This document shows, one piece after another, positions 62,632-64,000 of a stretch of DNA of 64,000 nt. The notes beneath the pieces were generated by a model, which saw nothing but the letters and a program-made list of their open reading frames with translations, was not told where the DNA came from and did not search any database. How positions within the stretch are numbered: the stretch's first letter is position 1; each line of letters begins with the position of its first letter. Made by a program: the position numbers and the translations under genes. The stretch covers positions 620,001-684,000 of the forward strand of contig OZ218964.1 of NCBI GenBank assembly GCA_965112735.1, in the 5' to 3' direction. The stretch is from Phaeosaccion multiseriatum (taxonomy: Eukaryota > Protista > Ochrophyta, other classes).

Positions 62632-64000
62632 ACTACGCTCTCCCCTCCCCTCCACTCCCCTCGCTGCTCACCTTGCCCGAAGTGAGGCAGTCCTCCAGCT
62701 CCCCCATCTGGCTCCTCGTGCGCACCACAATGGCCATTTCTCCCCAGCTCGCCACCACCTCTCGCCGTAACCGCCGCATCTGACTGGCGATCCACAAGCC
62801 CTCTGCCCTTCCGTCGAACTGTCCCTGGACAGTCACCTTGGACGGGCCCGGTACTTTGTGTCCCCCAACAGTTGGTGGTACAACAGCAGCAGTAGCAGCA
62901 GCACCGTCGTGACTGGTGGTACCACCACCCTCAGCCCCGTCCCCTCCGCTGAGAACGCCCCCGGTGGAGACGGATGAAGACGAGAATGCCGGCGCCAGGC
63001 AGTGATTCAGCGTCAAAGGCATTGCCCCTCCTGTCCCTCCTGCGCCTAACGTTGTGTCGCCGGTCCCACCCTCTACGGAGGAGCCTCTGCCTTTGCCCTC
63101 GCCTTTGTTGAAGCTGATGAGCTGCGTGGCCGTGGTGAGTACATGCAGCGGCACTCGATGACTCAGGGGTAGGCTCAGTCGAACGGAGCCAGCAAAGTCC
63201 TGTGTGAAGAGTGAATGGGGTGACAAGAGTCAAGAGAGAGAGAGTCACAGACAATGGGGTGACAGAGTGACAGAGGATGGGCGGGGGGCGGAGAAGTGTG
63301 TGGGTCGTCCGGCCGGGCCAGGGGGCGGCATTCGATTAGTGGAGGGAAAGACGAAGGGGGAGCGGTGCCACGCGAGGAGAGGAGGAGCGCAGGGCGATAG
63401 ACCAACTTCCTTCCTTAACAAAACACCTGTGCACTCGTGTGTGTGTGTGTGTGTGCTAGGGCGCACCCTTCCACCCCTTGCACTACACTTCGCTACACTC
63501 CACTCGTTCCTCTTCAGTTCCTTCCTTTCCTTCGCTTCCCTTCCCTCGGTTCCTTCCTTCGGTTTCTTCCATTTGTTCCTTCAGTTTCTTCCCTTCCGTG
63601 CCTTTATTCGTTTCCTTCCTCTTTTCCATTCTTCCTTCTTTCCTTCCTTCCTTCCGTGGCCTCACCTGCTGGAATCTGCGTAAGTGCCGTGCCATCCCTC
63701 CCCTCCACGAGTAGATGCGCTGGTCCTCGTCCGCGCAGCAAAACACGTCCACGCGCAGCTCCTCCGGGGTGCTGTACGGCGCCAGGGCCTGTGCGTATGT
63801 GTGTGTGTGTGTGTATGTGTGTGTGTACATATATGTGTATGTGTGTGTATATATATATGTGTGTGTATGTGTATGTGTGTGTGTATGTGTGTGTGTATAT
63901 ATATGTGTATGTGTGTGTGTGTGCGTGTGTGTGCGTGTGTGTGTGTGTATGTGTGTGTGTGTATGTGTGTGATGTGTGTGTATGTGTGTATATGTGTGTG
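58650..64000 (-). CDS. UvrD/PcrA/Rep (SF1A, Srs2-like) DNA helicase, 3' part; continues beyond the window
   Basis: Motif III ADEDQRIYSWRGG; IV-like SHRVPLHVLTTATQLISFN; MAIVVRT; V MSMHESKGREFEAVFLPGWEEGGFP; VI IEEERRLAYVALTR; PSRFIKEL. Confidence 0.88.
62150..62330 (-). repeat. (ACTC)n array on the sense strand directly before a helicase acceptor
   Basis: Sense reads ...ctcactcactcactaactcag|GTGCCG; a single CTAAC branch-point variant terminates the array. Confidence 0.9.

Noticed and set aside
48839-64000. RAD51C plus UvrD helicase as a DNA-repair cluster
   Set aside because: Separated by four unrelated genes; nothing beyond chance proximity.

Overview
Eukaryotic, GC-rich, intron-dense DNA. 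It is most likely a photosynthetic stramenopile (ochrophyte), because two proteins carry a signal peptide plus an ASAFAP-like plastid-targeting motif. I assembled about 17 genes by hand from splice signals: class-3 lipase, ABHD4/5-like hydrolase, rolling-stone-like membrane protein, ABA4-like, TspO, coiled-coil/RING protein, a hypothetical protein, a sugar-nucleotidyltransferase-like protein, a 22.7-kb 44-exon type-I membrane protein (NHL + LCCL + EGF), a TPR gene with an internal 272-bp duplication, RAD51C, two convergent bZIP paralogues, plastid dPGM, a PX + permuted NlpC/P60 protein, a partial UvrD/PcrA helicase and a doubtful partial gene at the left edge. Most listed ORFs are artefacts of microsatellite-filled introns. 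The most notable non-gene signals are five. (1) Introns are polarised, with G-rich or donor-like repeats 5' and C-rich repeats 3', often mutually complementary within an intron or across an exon. (2) A 17-bp motif, GCTGTATCACCAACTGC, is dispersed in about 13 copies. (3) A tandem duplication in the TPR gene creates a potential new GT-AG intron. (4) There is a ~275-nt fold-back. (5) GC donors and AAG acceptors are frequent. No CRISPR, rRNA, tRNA or transposase was seen. Exon boundaries were read manually and may be off by a few bases.
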